This document shows positions 24,583 to 37,834 of a DNA stretch of 61,098 nt, piece by piece. The stretch is from Octopus bimaculoides (lineage: Eukaryota). The DNA lies in the NCBI RefSeq assembly GCF_001194135.2, contig NC_068989.1:1891323-1952420 (forward strand), read 5' to 3'. The position numbers and the translations under genes were made by a program. How positions within the stretch are numbered: position 1 is the stretch's first letter; the number at the start of each line of letters is the position of its first letter. The notes beneath the pieces were generated by a model that made no database searches, was not told the DNA's origin, and saw nothing but the letters and a program-made list of their open reading frames with translations.

Positions 24583-24606
24583 CTGTTGGTCAACATTGTT
24601 CGACAT
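24583..24606 (-). CDS. PSME3: PSME3 (proteasome activator PA28-gamma/REG-gamma) coding exon 1: MSNNVDQQ
   Basis: Minus strand reads ttgtag|CCACGTC ATG TCG AAC AAT GTT GAC CAA CAG|gtaagt. Perfect donor, phase 0, joins the 33-nt exon in frame. Exon starts at 24613. Confidence 0.8.
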
Positions 24607-24731
24607 GACGTGGCTACAAGACGAAATGGCACCAAAAGTAAATTGTAAACTTAAGACAAACTTGCGCCAAATTCTCTCTGGCGTCCCTGCATCGAAGATT
24701 AGAGAACGGCAATCCAAGGGAGTTCACTCAC

Positions 24732-24790
24732 CGGCATGCACCCGACATCACAGCGAAAATGACGTCATAGTTAGACACCGAAAAGCAGAA
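24732..24790 (-). other. PSME3: Probable PSME3 non-coding first exon and TSS region (upstream limit uncertain)
   Basis: Donor GCCG|gtgagt at 24731-24726 and acceptor ag at 24615-24614 define a 118-nt 5'UTR intron; CpG-rich; CRE palindrome TGACGTCA at 24760-24767. Confidence 0.6.
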
Positions 24791-26087
24791 TTATTAATTA
24801 AACAATTATTTAATTAATATGAAACAAATATGTAATAGTTTGTTTTATTTAAATGAACTTTATCAAAAGCACAGTATCGAATTTATTAAATACCCCTTTC
24901 AGGAATATACTAACAATTTACATACAGGAAACCATTTTAGATAATAAAAAAAAAGAACTTTGACACAAACGTATTGAATAGATAACACTTCAATCTATCG
25001 CAGATAACAGTGTCTACTGGTCATTTCTTGAACTACAGTTGAGTACTTGGAACATGTATAATTCTTGTAAGCGTGTACCTGTGCAATGGTGTCGGGTTGT
25101 AGATATGCATGGCGATAAATTTTTGTTACGTTTTAATATACAATATCGTCAAGAAAAGTACAAGTGAATAAATGCATGTGCGTGTGTGCATATATATATA
25201 TGGGAGAATATACAAATAATAACAACAGACGAGGACAGGTGGTGTAAATAACAAAAGTATATATTAGTATATATTATATTCTTGTATTCTCTTCATGTAT
25301 CAGTCATTGGTTTGCATCGATGCTGGAGCATCGTTTTGGAAGTTATAGTCGATCAAATCGCCCCTAGTCGTTATTTTTAAGTCGAGTACTTATTCCATCC
25401 CTCTAAGTTGCGGAGACATAAATAAATTGACAATTGTTTATAAGCGGTGGTGGAAAGCAAAACACAAAGACCTGCACACACACATTTTTTTTTTTTTTTT
25501 TGCCTACATATATAAATTTAAACATATGTCATCATCATCATCATCATTTAGCACCTGTTTTCCATGCAGTTCTGGGTTGGATGGTTTTGACAAGAGCTGG
25601 CAAGTCAGGATATACGATTGATGCTTGAACGCCATTATATAAGTGGCAGGGAATTGCAAAGGAAACATGATTAAATGGTGCAGAGGTGGGGATTGAGTGG
25701 CACAAACCTGGGTATATATAGAGTCAGGGGTGGCTATTGGATAGCAATGATACAGAGGAACAGGGCTGTGAGGATAGGTTTGGGGAGTGGGATAATGTCT
25801 GAAGGAAGAAATATAAGGAAGAGAAGAGATGTAGATTGGTTTGTTGGGGCAGGGCTAGCAGATAGCAATGTTACAATGAGACAGGGCATGTGGGTGGAAC
25901 ACACAGGTCACAGGGTTGTGGAGAGCAATGATACAGTGGCACAGGGCCAAGAGGACAAGATTGGGGAGTGGGAGGTAAGCACAGTGCAGGAAGTGGAAAT
26001 GTGAGGAAGAGAAGAGATGTAGTTTGGTTTGTTATGGTAGGGTGTATGAGGAGAAGTTTTCTTGTTAAGTGTGGGTGGGGGACACAG

Positions 26088-26880
26088 CGCTTCTACAACT
26101 CAGTTTTGCTGACATGGACGGGTTTTCTCAAGAACTTCATATCGCCAGACATCTCTGTCCATTGTCATTTCGTCTGTGAGGCCCAACATCCTGAGATCAA
26201 TCCTTACCACTTCATCCCACGTCTTCCTGGGTCTCCCTCTTCTGCAGGTACCATCCACTTTCAGTGATGGACACTTCTTTATGCTGTCCTCGTTCATACA
26301 CATCACATATCCAAACCAACATAGCCTTCTCTCTTGCATGCTACATTTGATTCCTCTTATGCCCAACTTTTCTCTCAACTTTTCGCACTTTGTCATACAT
26401 GCACACTGATGTTGCACATCCAATGGAGCATACTACCTTCATTTCTCTCCAGTCTATGCATGTCTTCTGCATTCAGAGCCCATGTCTCACTACCATGGAG
26501 TGTAGCCATTCATACACAAGCATCATATAGTCTACCTTTCATTCTGAGAGAGATTCCTTTTGTTGCCAACAGAGGGAATAGCTCTTTGAAGTTCATCCGC
26601 CCAATTCTTATTCTAGAAACAATACTTTCAGAGCATCCTCCACCATTGCTAATTTGGTCACTTAGGTAACAGAAACTATCTACAACTTCAAGAGAGCGTC
26701 CTGAGCATTTCAGAGAATCTAAGCCCCGTGTGCTCTTTGTGCTTATTGTTCCTGCACATCTGCCACATATAAAGACTACTTTATCTGTTAATCTACCTGT
26801 GATTCCACTGCAACTCTTATGTGTCCATAATTTAAACTGGGTGCAGCAAATGGAATTTCTTCCGATTCCTTTACTACATA
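26088..26880 (-). mobile_element. RTE-clade LINE 3' fragment
   Basis: LEVVDSFCYL, LHGSETW, LREKLGIRGI, RRLCWFGYV and GRPRKTWDEVV..DL motifs, frameshifted. Confidence 0.9.
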
Positions 26881-28149
26881 TTGAGTAGGGCCATTTACCT
26901 GACAGAGAGAGAGAGTTTTATCTTCTTTCTTACTAACAATAATGCCATGAATGAAGAAAAGAACCAAACTATTCTGTCATGCTTCCTTACTTCAGATGGT
27001 GCCACATCGTTTACTGCACTCCTTTCTTTCCACCAGCTGACTTGTCAGCAACTTTATCATTTGACTCCCAATGCTCTTGGAAGAATTATTTCCGGCAGCT
27101 TGTGTACAGTTTGTACATAATGTTAAGGCAGGCTATAGTTCTCTACCAAGACAGTGTTGTTATTCTTGGACACAAGGATTGCTCAATCTAATGCAAGACA
27201 ACTTGATAAGTCAGTCTGGCTTTCCATAGTTATTTGTATAAATAGCTTTCTATAAAAAGTAAATGCCTCCTATTTGTAGCTAACTATGAGGTCTGTCTTC
27301 ATGGTGCCTTCCTGGAATCACTACAGCTGGCAAAAGTATCTGCTGCCTTAGCTATCACTATTGAAAGGTGCATGAAGACCTGATCCACTGACCTTACATT
27401 TGTAAATGAAACTGAGACGATTGATTCTGATATTATATTTCCAAGACAATAATCTGTCTGTGTGTCTGTTTATCTTTCCCCAAAATCCATTGTAATTTCT
27501 TTTACAAAGTTCCACTGCCTATGCCCTAGGCTCTGCAACTAATATCACCCATATATATGCATACACCGCCGGACTGAGTGGTAACTGCCCAGGTTTCAAA
27601 ACCATAATAGTATCCATAGGGCAGCTGATGATGGATGTATGTTGGATTGTTGGTATGGCTGTTTTTGTTTCTGAAATCAGCTATTATTTTTGGAACAACC
27701 TAATATATGTGTGTGTTTGTGTATCATTATCATCATTTAATGGCCGTTTTCCACATTGGCATGGGTTGGACGGTTTGACAGAGGTCGGCTAGGCAAGAAG
27801 ACTGCACCAGGCTTCACTGTTTTGGAAAGGATTTTACAGCTGGATGTCCTTCCTAACACGAACCACCTTATAGATGTATGTGTGTGTTTGTACATCCATG
27901 CATGTTTGGATATACAAACAGAAGAAATAATATTCTATATCTTTAGTAGAGTTTACTTGTTCAAAGTTGGTGGTTCCTACTATCGCAACTCAAGAGTTCC
28001 TCACTCTGTTTATCATTTTCAGTATCAAAGAGTTCCTTCTGTGGCTTCAAATAATGCATTTATCAAGAACTCTGAGTTGCAATGGAGTGAACCATTTAAA
28101 TGCTAAAGAGACCACTAATATGTCATATCATTATAATTTAACATTTTTC

Positions 28150-28440
28150 CATGGATCCAGCCTGGCCATATATTTTTCCAAGCACCATTCAAAGTTCACT
28201 CATCTATGTTATCCACAGCATCCACTGTGTTGAACTTCTTCCACAAGTCTCTAACTGTCAATTTCTTCCATAATTTGTTTGAAAGTTCTTCTCGGGTAAT
28301 ATGCCTCGAAATTAGCTATTACACATTGATCCATTGGCTGTAGCATAGAACGCATTCTACTCTCACACTATCAGAAAGCTTATTTAAGTTCACAGGTTGG
28401 TTTGGTCCATTGTCTAAAAGGAGGAATGATTCGTTGGGAA
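28150..28440 (-). mobile_element. Tigger/pogo DDE_1 transposase fossil
   Basis: Frameshifted FLLLDNGPNQP, LQPMDQCVIANFEAYY.RRTF, LWKKFN..DAVDNI, TLNGAWKNIWP. Confidence 0.85.
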
Positions 28441-28649
28441 TATTACGTCTGGTACTGTTGAGTAGGACAGCAAAATGTAACCTAATCTTCAAAAAGCCTC
28501 TTAATCATGTATGCTTTTTTTATTTAAATGTCAAATCAGAGATAAGTTAAATTTTGCATAACCCTTGAAAGTCATTGGAGTTTCAGATACATGGGTAATA
28601 GCTTTAATTTCATGTCACCAACAAACATTTTCCTCCCAGAAGGTTTCAA

Positions 28650-28900
28650 CTGGTCACATTATAAAGAGTTATATAGGCTGGACGTGGTGCAAGGTTCACA
28701 GACAACAGGTGAACCCATGCAGTTGCCAAGTTATATCCAAGAGATTAGAAAAGACCACTTGAAAGACGTCCATGACAATGGGAAGATGATCTGGTCAAGA
28801 TGGAAAAGAATGGTGCAATCAAGACTGAATTGGAAGCGCATTGTGATCAGTGGTGTATAACAGAATTTGATGGACTGGTTGATACTGTGATATAAGCCTC
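28650..28900 (+). mobile_element. Possible LINE 3'-end fossil
   Basis: KRPLERRP*QWEDDLVKM resembles the RTE C-terminal KRPLGRPRRRWED. Confidence 0.4.
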
Positions 28901-30817
28901 ACTTGGAATGGTTTCAAATCTAGGTATATTCAGTATATCTTTCCATTCAGGTGTGAGGTACCCACCCACCCTTTCTCTTTCTCTCATATTCACTTTGTAG
29001 CTTGGAGATGCACCCTCACCCCCTCTCTTTCCAGCTGGGCAAGCCATATATTCACCTCTTCAACAAAACAAGGGTCATTTGGGTGCTGGTTGGGAACCAG
29101 TGGTATAAAGAGTTGCTCTGCCGACCTGTGCACTTTGGATGTTTTATGATATTTAATAAAAAAAAAAAGCTGCATTACTTCTGGTTTAAACCTCAAATTG
29201 TCTGGTTACAAAGAAGTCTTCATTCAATGTTTGTTGCAATTACTATTCTGTTAAATAACTGGAAAGGAATGGCCATGTAGTTAAGAAGCACACTTTTAAC
29301 TATGTGGTTTCAGGTTCAATCCCTCTGCATAGCACCTTGGGCAAATATCTTCTACTCTAGCACTGGACTGACCAATGTCTAATGAGTGTTTAATGGACAG
29401 AACTTGTGTGGAAGCCCATCATGTGTGTGTCCCTCCTACCACTTGATCACCAGTGTTGGTTTGTTTACATCCCCATAACTTAGTGGTGCAACAAGACCTA
29501 CTGAATAAGCTTCACACTAGAAAAAATGGGATTAGTGGTTTCCTTAAATCCTTCCTGTTGGTGCTCCAGCATGGCTACAGTCCAATGACTGAAAGCAACA
29601 GGAAATTCTAAACATGTGAAGCAATAGACAACTGGAGAGTGACGATGGGTAGAGTTGAACTAAATGGCTTTTGGTATTTTGTTATGTCCCTTTATGTTGA
29701 AACTGGTTGGGTCGTCTCATGCCAACGTAAGTAATCTGTATTTCTCTTTTGTAATTACTGTAAGCCAATATCACCTGAAAGAAGTTGTGTTGCTATATAA
29801 ATGTGAACAAATGTTTTGTTGTGTTTCAATTGTCATACAACCAATCTCATCTTTCATTTGCTAAACCAGCTTATGATAGTCTTGGCTACAGCAGGGCAAG
29901 GCACTTGATATGCATGGCTGTAGAAACCAAGCCAAAACAGACTGGAGCCTGGTGCAGCCCTCCAGCCTTACCATCTCCTGTCAAACTGTACAACCCATGC
30001 CAGCATGGAAAATGTATGTTAAATGATGATGAAAAAGAAATTTTAAACTACAAACTAAACAAAATGTAAACTTTCTGATTAGTGTAGCTTCTAATAGAAT
30101 TGAGCAAGCAAATTCGAACCTGGGTTCTCATTCCTAAGGTATTTTTCGATATTATTATTAAGATCAGTGTCTGGAATCGAACTCGGAATCTTGGGGCTAG
30201 TTGTCAGTGCTCTTAACCACTATGCCCATATTGTCTTGAATTAATTGGGCATTATCTTTTAGCTTCAAGATTATTTGATTTTTAAAATGACATTGTTGGA
30301 TACGTGCAAGAGACCAGATCTGGCCAGTCTGAGTCTGATACGGTTGGTTTCAATGCTAATGGTTTCATAATATCCTTACCAAACTGAACCAGTTTGGTAA
30401 GGGGGGGGGGTTCAATTCACCCCTACATTTGCAAAGAAAGAGCACGATGCACAATTTTGCATATGTTTAGATATTTGTGGATTGCAATATGATTTGTGCA
30501 GTTTTATGCACAGGTTGTTATATTGTGTTATGTGTGGATGAAGAGGTAGGTTTGTATAGAAGTTCCTTGTGGGTCTGTGTATGTCTGCATGCATACAGTA
30601 ATCCCCTCGACTAATATGTTCCAACCACGACCCTGGCAATAGGTGAAAATCCAGGACACAGAAACAGCACGTATTCTTTTGTTTCAGTCATTTGACTGTG
30701 GCCATGCGGGAGCACTGCCTTTAGTCAAACAAATCGACTCAAGACATTCTTTGTAAGCCTAGTACTTATACTATCGGTCTCTCTTACCGAACCACTAAGT
30801 TATGGGGACGTAAACAT

Positions 30818-31195
30818 TGGCGCAAGGAGTGGCTGTGTGGTAAGTAGCTTGCTTACCAACCACATGGTTCTGAGTTCAGTCCCCCTGAGTGGCACCTTGG
30901 GGGTGTCTTCTGCTACAGCCTCAGGCTGACCAAAAGCCTTGGGAGTAGATCTGGTAGACGGAAACTGAAAGAAGCCCGTCGTATATATGTGTTTGTCCCC
31001 CCACCACCATCACTTCACAACCAATGCTGGTGTGGTTACATCCCCGTAACTTAGCAGTTTGACAAGAGACCAATAGAATAAATACTAGGCTTACAAAAAA
31101 TAAGTCCTGCGGTCAATTTCTTTGACTAAAGGCGGCCACAGTCAAATGACAAACAAAAAAAAACCAACATCAGTTGTCAAGTGGTGGTGGGAGAA
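30818..31195 (+). mobile_element. tRNA-headed CORE-like SINE, family B. Other copies at about 150-290, 4480-4640, 6750-7125, 11630-11975, 14180-14790 (two), 16770-16850, 20650-20995, 21305-21700, 25290-25480, 29270-29620, 30670-30816, 60860-61020
   Basis: Shared blocks GGCTGTGTGGTAAG...GGTTCAGTCCC...CACCTTGGGCAAGTGTCTTC and CCCCGTAACTTAGC are repeated throughout the window. Confidence 0.85.
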
Positions 31196-32789
31196 CNNNN
31201 NNNNNNNNNNNNNNNNNNNNNNNNNNNNNNNNNNNNNNNNNNNNNNNNNNNNNNNNNNNNNNNNNNNNNNNNNNNNNNNNNNNNNNNNNNNNNNNNNNNN
31301 NNNNNNNNNNNNNNNNNNNNNNNNNNNNNNNNNNNNNNNNNNNNNNNNNNNNNNNNNNNNNNNNNNNNNNNNNNNNNNNNNNNNNNNNNNNNNNNNNNNN
31401 NNNNNNNNNNNNNNNNNNNNNNNNNNNNNNNNNNNNNNNNNNNNNNNNNNNNNNNNNNNNNNNNNNNNNNNNNNNNNNNNNNNNNNNNNNNNNNNNNNNN
31501 NNNNNNNNNNNNNNNNNNNNNNNNNNNNNNNNATAAATATCCAGTCAGAGAAACCATGCCGAATCCAAGATTGGGAGCTCAATGTGACCTTGCAGTTCAC
31601 CAGGTCACATCAAACCTTCCAACCCAAGCCAGCAGAGAAAATGGATGCTAAATGATGGTTCTTTGTGTATGTCCCATCACCTGATAACCCGTATTGGTTT
31701 GAAGCAACAGCTTTGCTGACTAAACTCAAAGTGGTTCTTATCACAAATTTCTGTCACAACGTTATACATCTGAAAAGCTGAAGAGTGAAATGAAATATCC
31801 AACACTATTACCTTTCGACCTTCTGCGGTTGAGGCAAAATTTAAATCCTGCCAAAAACGTACATAACTGTATACCATGTGACATTGTGTCTCGCATTCTG
31901 AAACCTCACAGCAGTCAGAAAACCAAATATTGTTGAATAATCAGTGGCACTATATACATTTTGGCCATTTCTCTAATACATTTTATTTTTAATTGCTTAG
32001 TCAGGAGGAAAAGCAATGGCCATGACTCTTTACAGGATATTAGAGAGAGAGAGAGACAGATAGAGAAAGATCCACAAACTGCAAACCTGGTCCAAAGATT
32101 TGCAAGCAGAAAGGTCACTGGTAAAGGCACCCAAGGGTTGTGCAATTAATTTAATTACTCATTTGGTTAATCAATAGAAGTGTCCAGTATCCAGATTCAA
32201 TATACAATGTAACAATGGCAACTGATGATTATCATAATTTCATGGCACTAATGCTGTGCTGGGTTCAAAAATGAAACTAAAGACATTTCAACGACTTTTG
32301 CACAACGAGCTGTAACTAGTTGATACTCTGAATGCATAGTTTACGGTTGGAGAAAGTCAACAGACAAAGATTTATCCCAAAATGATGCAATACTTATTGG
32401 TCAAACAGAATAAATAAGATTCCCAGGAGGAAAAGCAAAAGTAGTCAATTGCTTGTCTGTCAGCAATTGAAAATTTACATAAGCAATTAGCATCTCTTGA
32501 GCATTTCTTTAAAAAAAAAATAATAGCTGATAGCTACAGCCCAATGGTGAGTTAACTTGAGGTAATATAGGATATAAAAATACAGCCGGCTCAGCAGGGA
32601 CCCAGTTGTGGAGGTGCTTGCTTGCATAGCAAATTCAGTGATACTGGTGCTACAGCATAATCAACTGCCACAAAGGCAGAGGTAAATTAAGAACTATAGA
32701 GGCATCAAATTGATTAGGAAGAAAGTATTTTTTTAGATAAGAAGCAGTTTGAAGTTTTGGGATAGTATTGACGCACTCTTCCTAGTGAG

Positions 32790-33900
32790 AGAACCTCTAA
32801 CATTTGTTGATATGGAGAAGGCCTTTGACAGGGTACCCCAGCTTGTAGTTGAGTGGACGGGAAGAAAACTACGACGAACTGGGTGGTTTGTGAGAGCAAT
32901 GCAAGCTGCGTACAGAGATGCAATCAACAAAGTGAGAGGTGATAAGGGGTTAAGTGAAGATGTATATTATGCAGGGAGGCACGTACAATGTCCACTTCTC
33001 AGCCATTCTTCTGTTATAGTCCACCAAAGTTTAAGACCAGCTGTTCAAGAGGACTATATACTAATGACCGAGTACTTATAGCAGAGTCTACGGAAGAATT
33101 AGAGGAGAAATTCCAGGCACAGAAACAAAAGACTAAAGTTTTAGTAGGTAGACAAGAAGACAGGACTGCACTGCCATCAAGGAAATGGAGGCTTAATACA
33201 GTGGTAAAAATTCCATATTTGTACATTGATTGTGATCTTTGATGGTAGGATCACAGGTAGGCTAACAAGCTTTGTAGGTGGTGGCATATGCACAGGAGTA
33301 ATAATTAGCAGTCAGACATATAATCATCACCATTTTATTTCTGTTTTCCAATGCTTGGCTTGTGAACCTATACAGAAGCAGAGAGTTTCTACTACCAGGG
33401 TGAATTAAAGCAGTGAAAAAGGACGCTCTGAAAATATAATTGCCAGAATAAGAACAGCTTAGGAAAGTTCAGGGAGTTACCTCTGCCAAACAGGGGATTT
33501 CCTTGTCAAACAAAAAGCAGAGTGCACAATGCTTGTGTACAAACTGTAATGCTGCATGGTAGTGAGAGAGATGGGAACAGGATGCAGTGAGTGTGTTAAA
33601 GCTTGGAAGAAATAGAGCGTGCTCCTGCTGGATGTAACATGTAGGAATATGAACAGTGAGGTAAAGATGAACCAAGAGGAATCAGATGTAGCATAGAAGA
33701 GGGAGATGAGTAAAACTATTAGAACATGTAATGCATAGGGATGAGAACTGAGTAAAAGAGCCAGCAGATCCATGTGGGAAGAAAGTGTGAGCCTGGGTAA
33801 AACGAGCGAAAAAGCTGATCTCAGGGTGCTGAAGTAGTTTGAGAAAAGTAAGCAATAATTGGTGGGATGCTGTGGAGAATACTCACCTGACCCATGCAAA
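32790..33900 (+). mobile_element. Degenerate RTE-like LINE reverse-transcriptase and C-terminal fragments
   Basis: FVDMEKAFDRVP, and LIAESTEELEEKF following a degraded LYADD-equivalent motif; degraded C-terminal motifs to about 33900. Confidence 0.7.
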
Positions 33901-36900
33901 CATAGGTAAGTTGATGTAGAAATGAGCTTATCCAAGCAATTACACAAAACCACCCAATATCAGTGTTTAGAATTGAAATTGGATTATAAAATGCAGATTA
34001 GAGTGGATCTGGTCATCAAAACCAACTAGTAAAAGCTATGGATACGCTTCAGTGAAACCTGCTACTCAACTGACAAGGCCAGTAGTGACACAGTGTGTGA
34101 ATGTGTGTGGTAATACTGATTATGAATATCAAGAATACAGGTAAGGGGAAATATCTCAGGGGAACACTCTGCATACGAAATACAAATACAGTGGGGTCTC
34201 CCATAATATAGAGTTGATAAACTAATAAACTGAATCTACAGTCACTTCAAGAGAATTAAATATTCAAAATTTATCTTAGCTATTTTCGTTCCTGAATCAC
34301 AAAATTTTTAGACAATTAAGGAACACCACAGTTTTGCTGAAATAATTAATACAAGCTGAAGGAATATTTCAAGATTCTTGTTACAAATAGAGCAGTGAAT
34401 GAATTAAGTGAAGTATTCATACAGTTGGCAACAAAATGCGTTGTTGAATTAGAATACAAATCATTTGTTACACCGGCACAAATAGCATTGTGCAATAGTT
34501 TGTCAAGTAATAAAAAGAAATGAAAAGGTCTTTGAGCAGTATTTGGTTGAATTCTTTAGTAAGGAAAGTGAAAAGCTGTTTTCTGAAGATGATGGATATG
34601 AATTTTTATTAAAATGAATCATCTTCAGATAACACAAGGAAAAACTGTTCTTTAATGATCTCAGAAAAACTAGCTATACAATGTGAATACTTTCCTAATT
34701 AGAAGTGAGTGAAATGGCCAAAATGATTAAAGTAACAATTAGCAGCTTAAGGGACAAGAATGAATAATTCATTTGAGTCAATATAATAGAAAGCCTTATT
34801 CTACAGATCAGGAGTGTCTAGCTCCTGGTTTCTAGGATATTTGGAATAAAACAGTATCCTAACCATTGGGTGATTAATCTCAATGCCACGTAGAAAGCCA
34901 TTCCACAAATTTTGGTAAATTTCATAGAACATATCAGATTTCTGTAAGCTAAATACATCTTGTAAGTTTACAAATTCTAAAATAAGCTATAGGACTTGCC
35001 ATGAAAATGACAGAGGCAAATCTTTTCTTTCCCAAAGTTTTTTCTCAAGCTACCTTAAAGCCTATTAGCTTAGGTAAATTGTTTGCAAAACAAATTTTCA
35101 TTGGTGCTTTTTAAATATTATGTATGAAAATATCTCCACCATTTTAGGATAATTTACAATATCTTAAATGAAATAAAATATCAGTTTTTCACAAAACAGC
35201 AATGGCAGCAAATTAAATTATTGTTAATTAAGAAGAAGGAGAAAGTGGTGTAAGGCAGATAAAACATTAAAAGAAGACAATGGCAGCATGCAGTAGATCT
35301 TAATCTGTTCAATCATCAATAGCTCCAAGCAAGATTTACAAATCGTTTCCAATAGCAACAGTGGATAAATGGTGAAGACATATCCTACAGTTGTTTAATT
35401 ACATCATTTGACCATTTTCTATGCTAAGTAATCTAAAATTAAAATTAAGCCAAAACTGGTTGCTAATTGATAAGGCTTTTCTGAAGCTAAATATGAACAT
35501 TTGGAATTACATTGAACGGTAATCAGACCAAGTACTGAGAGAATTTTGTTAAAAAGGAAAAAAAAAAGAAAAAAAGAAAAAGAAAGAAACATAGTGAAGT
35601 GTTTTTTCAAACTAATGAATGATTTCGAAATCTTGTCATGAAAAGCAAGAGAGTAAATTCAAAGAGAAAATTAGCAATGAAAAGGGGAGTTCAAATATTT
35701 ATTAGATCTGTATGCAGTATACATTTGAATAATCCATGCAAATGACATGCAAGAATTACTGGCTATTAGGAGTGGTGGTCAGTCATTTCAAAATAACTGC
35801 ACTTGCAGACTTTCAGCCAACTCAAATTTATCGTTTAAGTGATTCCAGAGGAACAAAAAAACGGTGTTATTGCATGAAGTTGAGCAACAAGCCCACCTTG
35901 GTAGGTTGTTATCACATCACAGAAATAGGAAAAATAGATTGGGAAGGGTATTGTCAAGTTCAACATAAGATTTGCAATGGATATAATATATATTATTTAT
36001 TGGTTGCAACTAATTTCATGCTAACTACGAATCAGTAGAAAATGTATTAACATGCAGTGGTGGAAATGTGGGAGGAGGAGGAACACAACTAACATTAGAG
36101 AAAATAAAATTAAAATAAAAACAACAACTAAAATAAAATTCTGCATACAATTTAAAGCTGACTTATAAATATGCAAGAACTCCTCAATAAATGTTTCCAA
36201 ATATTTTTTCAATTTTTTTTCTTTTTAAATTTCCAAATAACAGATGAGTCTATCCCTGCAATTTTCTGATGATACCTACAACCAGATACCCCCTCATATA
36301 ATGCCAATTATATAGAGAATATCTATATAATTATCACTCTTATTTCTCACATTCTATAGCTGAAGATTATGTATTCAGGCAATGAGATTAGTCATAGCAC
36401 AATGGAAATAGGAATAAGTAAACAAATTTAGATGCCTCTTATGGCAATTTTTAAATAAAGATAAATAAAGGTAGCTCAATTTTTGCAAAAAGTAAAGAAA
36501 AAAAAAAAAGAAATTTTATGAAGCAAAGTTAACCTGGAATGTAATTCTAATGCCATGCCTAAAAATCACAAACAAAAAAAAATTGAACAAAAGTTTAAGA
36601 AGCAATCCCCACCCCCACAGCTAATTATGCAAATGCGGCAGTAAATACCCCAGGGATAAGTGATGAGTTCATTAGTACCAAAGTGGAAATAGTCTTTGAA
36701 GAATGCATTAGTTGTCAGAAATAGGGGAAGGGGCATGGAATGTCTAACTTGGTTCAGAAAAAAATGGTGTATGTTTGAGAGAGAAAAAAAAAACAAAAAC
36801 ATTATATAAGCACACTTTAGATTTAAAAGTTTACAGCCAACAGTTAAAAAAAAAGAAAGAAAGAAGATGCCATGAGAGGCCGACTGACCAATACCAAGCT

Positions 36901-37589
36901 GTTAAGTTTTGCTGATTCAATATTTTTTTTTTTCAATAGTTCTGCTTTATTTCTCTGGGAAAAAAAAAATGATTCTCCACCCTCTATGATTACTAGAATG
37001 TCCACATCATTAATTCCAAGCAACTTGAAGGAGGAGACAAAAATTTACAGAAAAAAAAATAATAATAAAGTAAATTAATTAAACTTTAACAGAAAAAGGT
37101 TCTGTTATGAACGGAAAAAAAAAAAAAAACAAAAAAAAAAGCTGATGGAGCTGATGGCATTTCAATTTTTTCAATTTTTTTTTTCAAATTTTTTTTTTTT
37201 TTTATTTAATTTTCTACCTATTTGCAGCAGTGGTGATGGTGGTAATTTAAAAGAAACAGTCACCATCTTTACTACCATGGCAGAGTGCCATCACCACTGC
37301 TGCTGCCGAGAAGAACATTCTGAGTAACCCCTATTAATAGTCTATAGCTGAATACTTTGACCATAAAGAACTATAAATTTATCTTACATTGTGTAAGGGC
37401 CAGTTTCCCAACAGGCGAGCGAGAGAAAGAACTGAAACCCTGACACTGAATTTGAATAACAAATGAACACGGACTGTACAGACAATGTGAAACTGAGGGA
37501 ATGAGCAAAAGTGATCGCATACTGACAGGCAGCAGTCAGCCCGCAGACAGCCACTTTTGGAATTCATACAAACATTTCCTCCTTGGAAC

Positions 37590-37751
37590 TTATTTCCCAC
37601 TTTTCAATTGATTTGACAACCAATCAAGTCCTTCATACAATCCATCTCCACTTGTTGCACACGTTGCTTGGATATACCAGGATCTATTAGTCAGGCCATG
37701 CAATTGCAACTTGTCAGTCACTTCTGCAGCATTCATAGCATTTGGTAAATC
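37590..37751 (-). CDS. ARF1: ARF1-like last coding exon: [53 protein letters not shown]
   Basis: TCAT motif and GLYEGLDWL; 162 nt; the four exons total 546 nt = 181 aa plus stop, the class I ARF length. Confidence 0.97.
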   Translation of the reverse strand, partial: DLPNAMNAAEVTDKLQLHGLTNRSWYIQATCATSGDGLYEGLDWLSNQLKSGK

Positions 37752-37797
37752 CTATTGAAATAAAAATGGGAAACATTAGAAAACCATTAAACAACCA

Positions 37798-37834
<37 letters not shown>

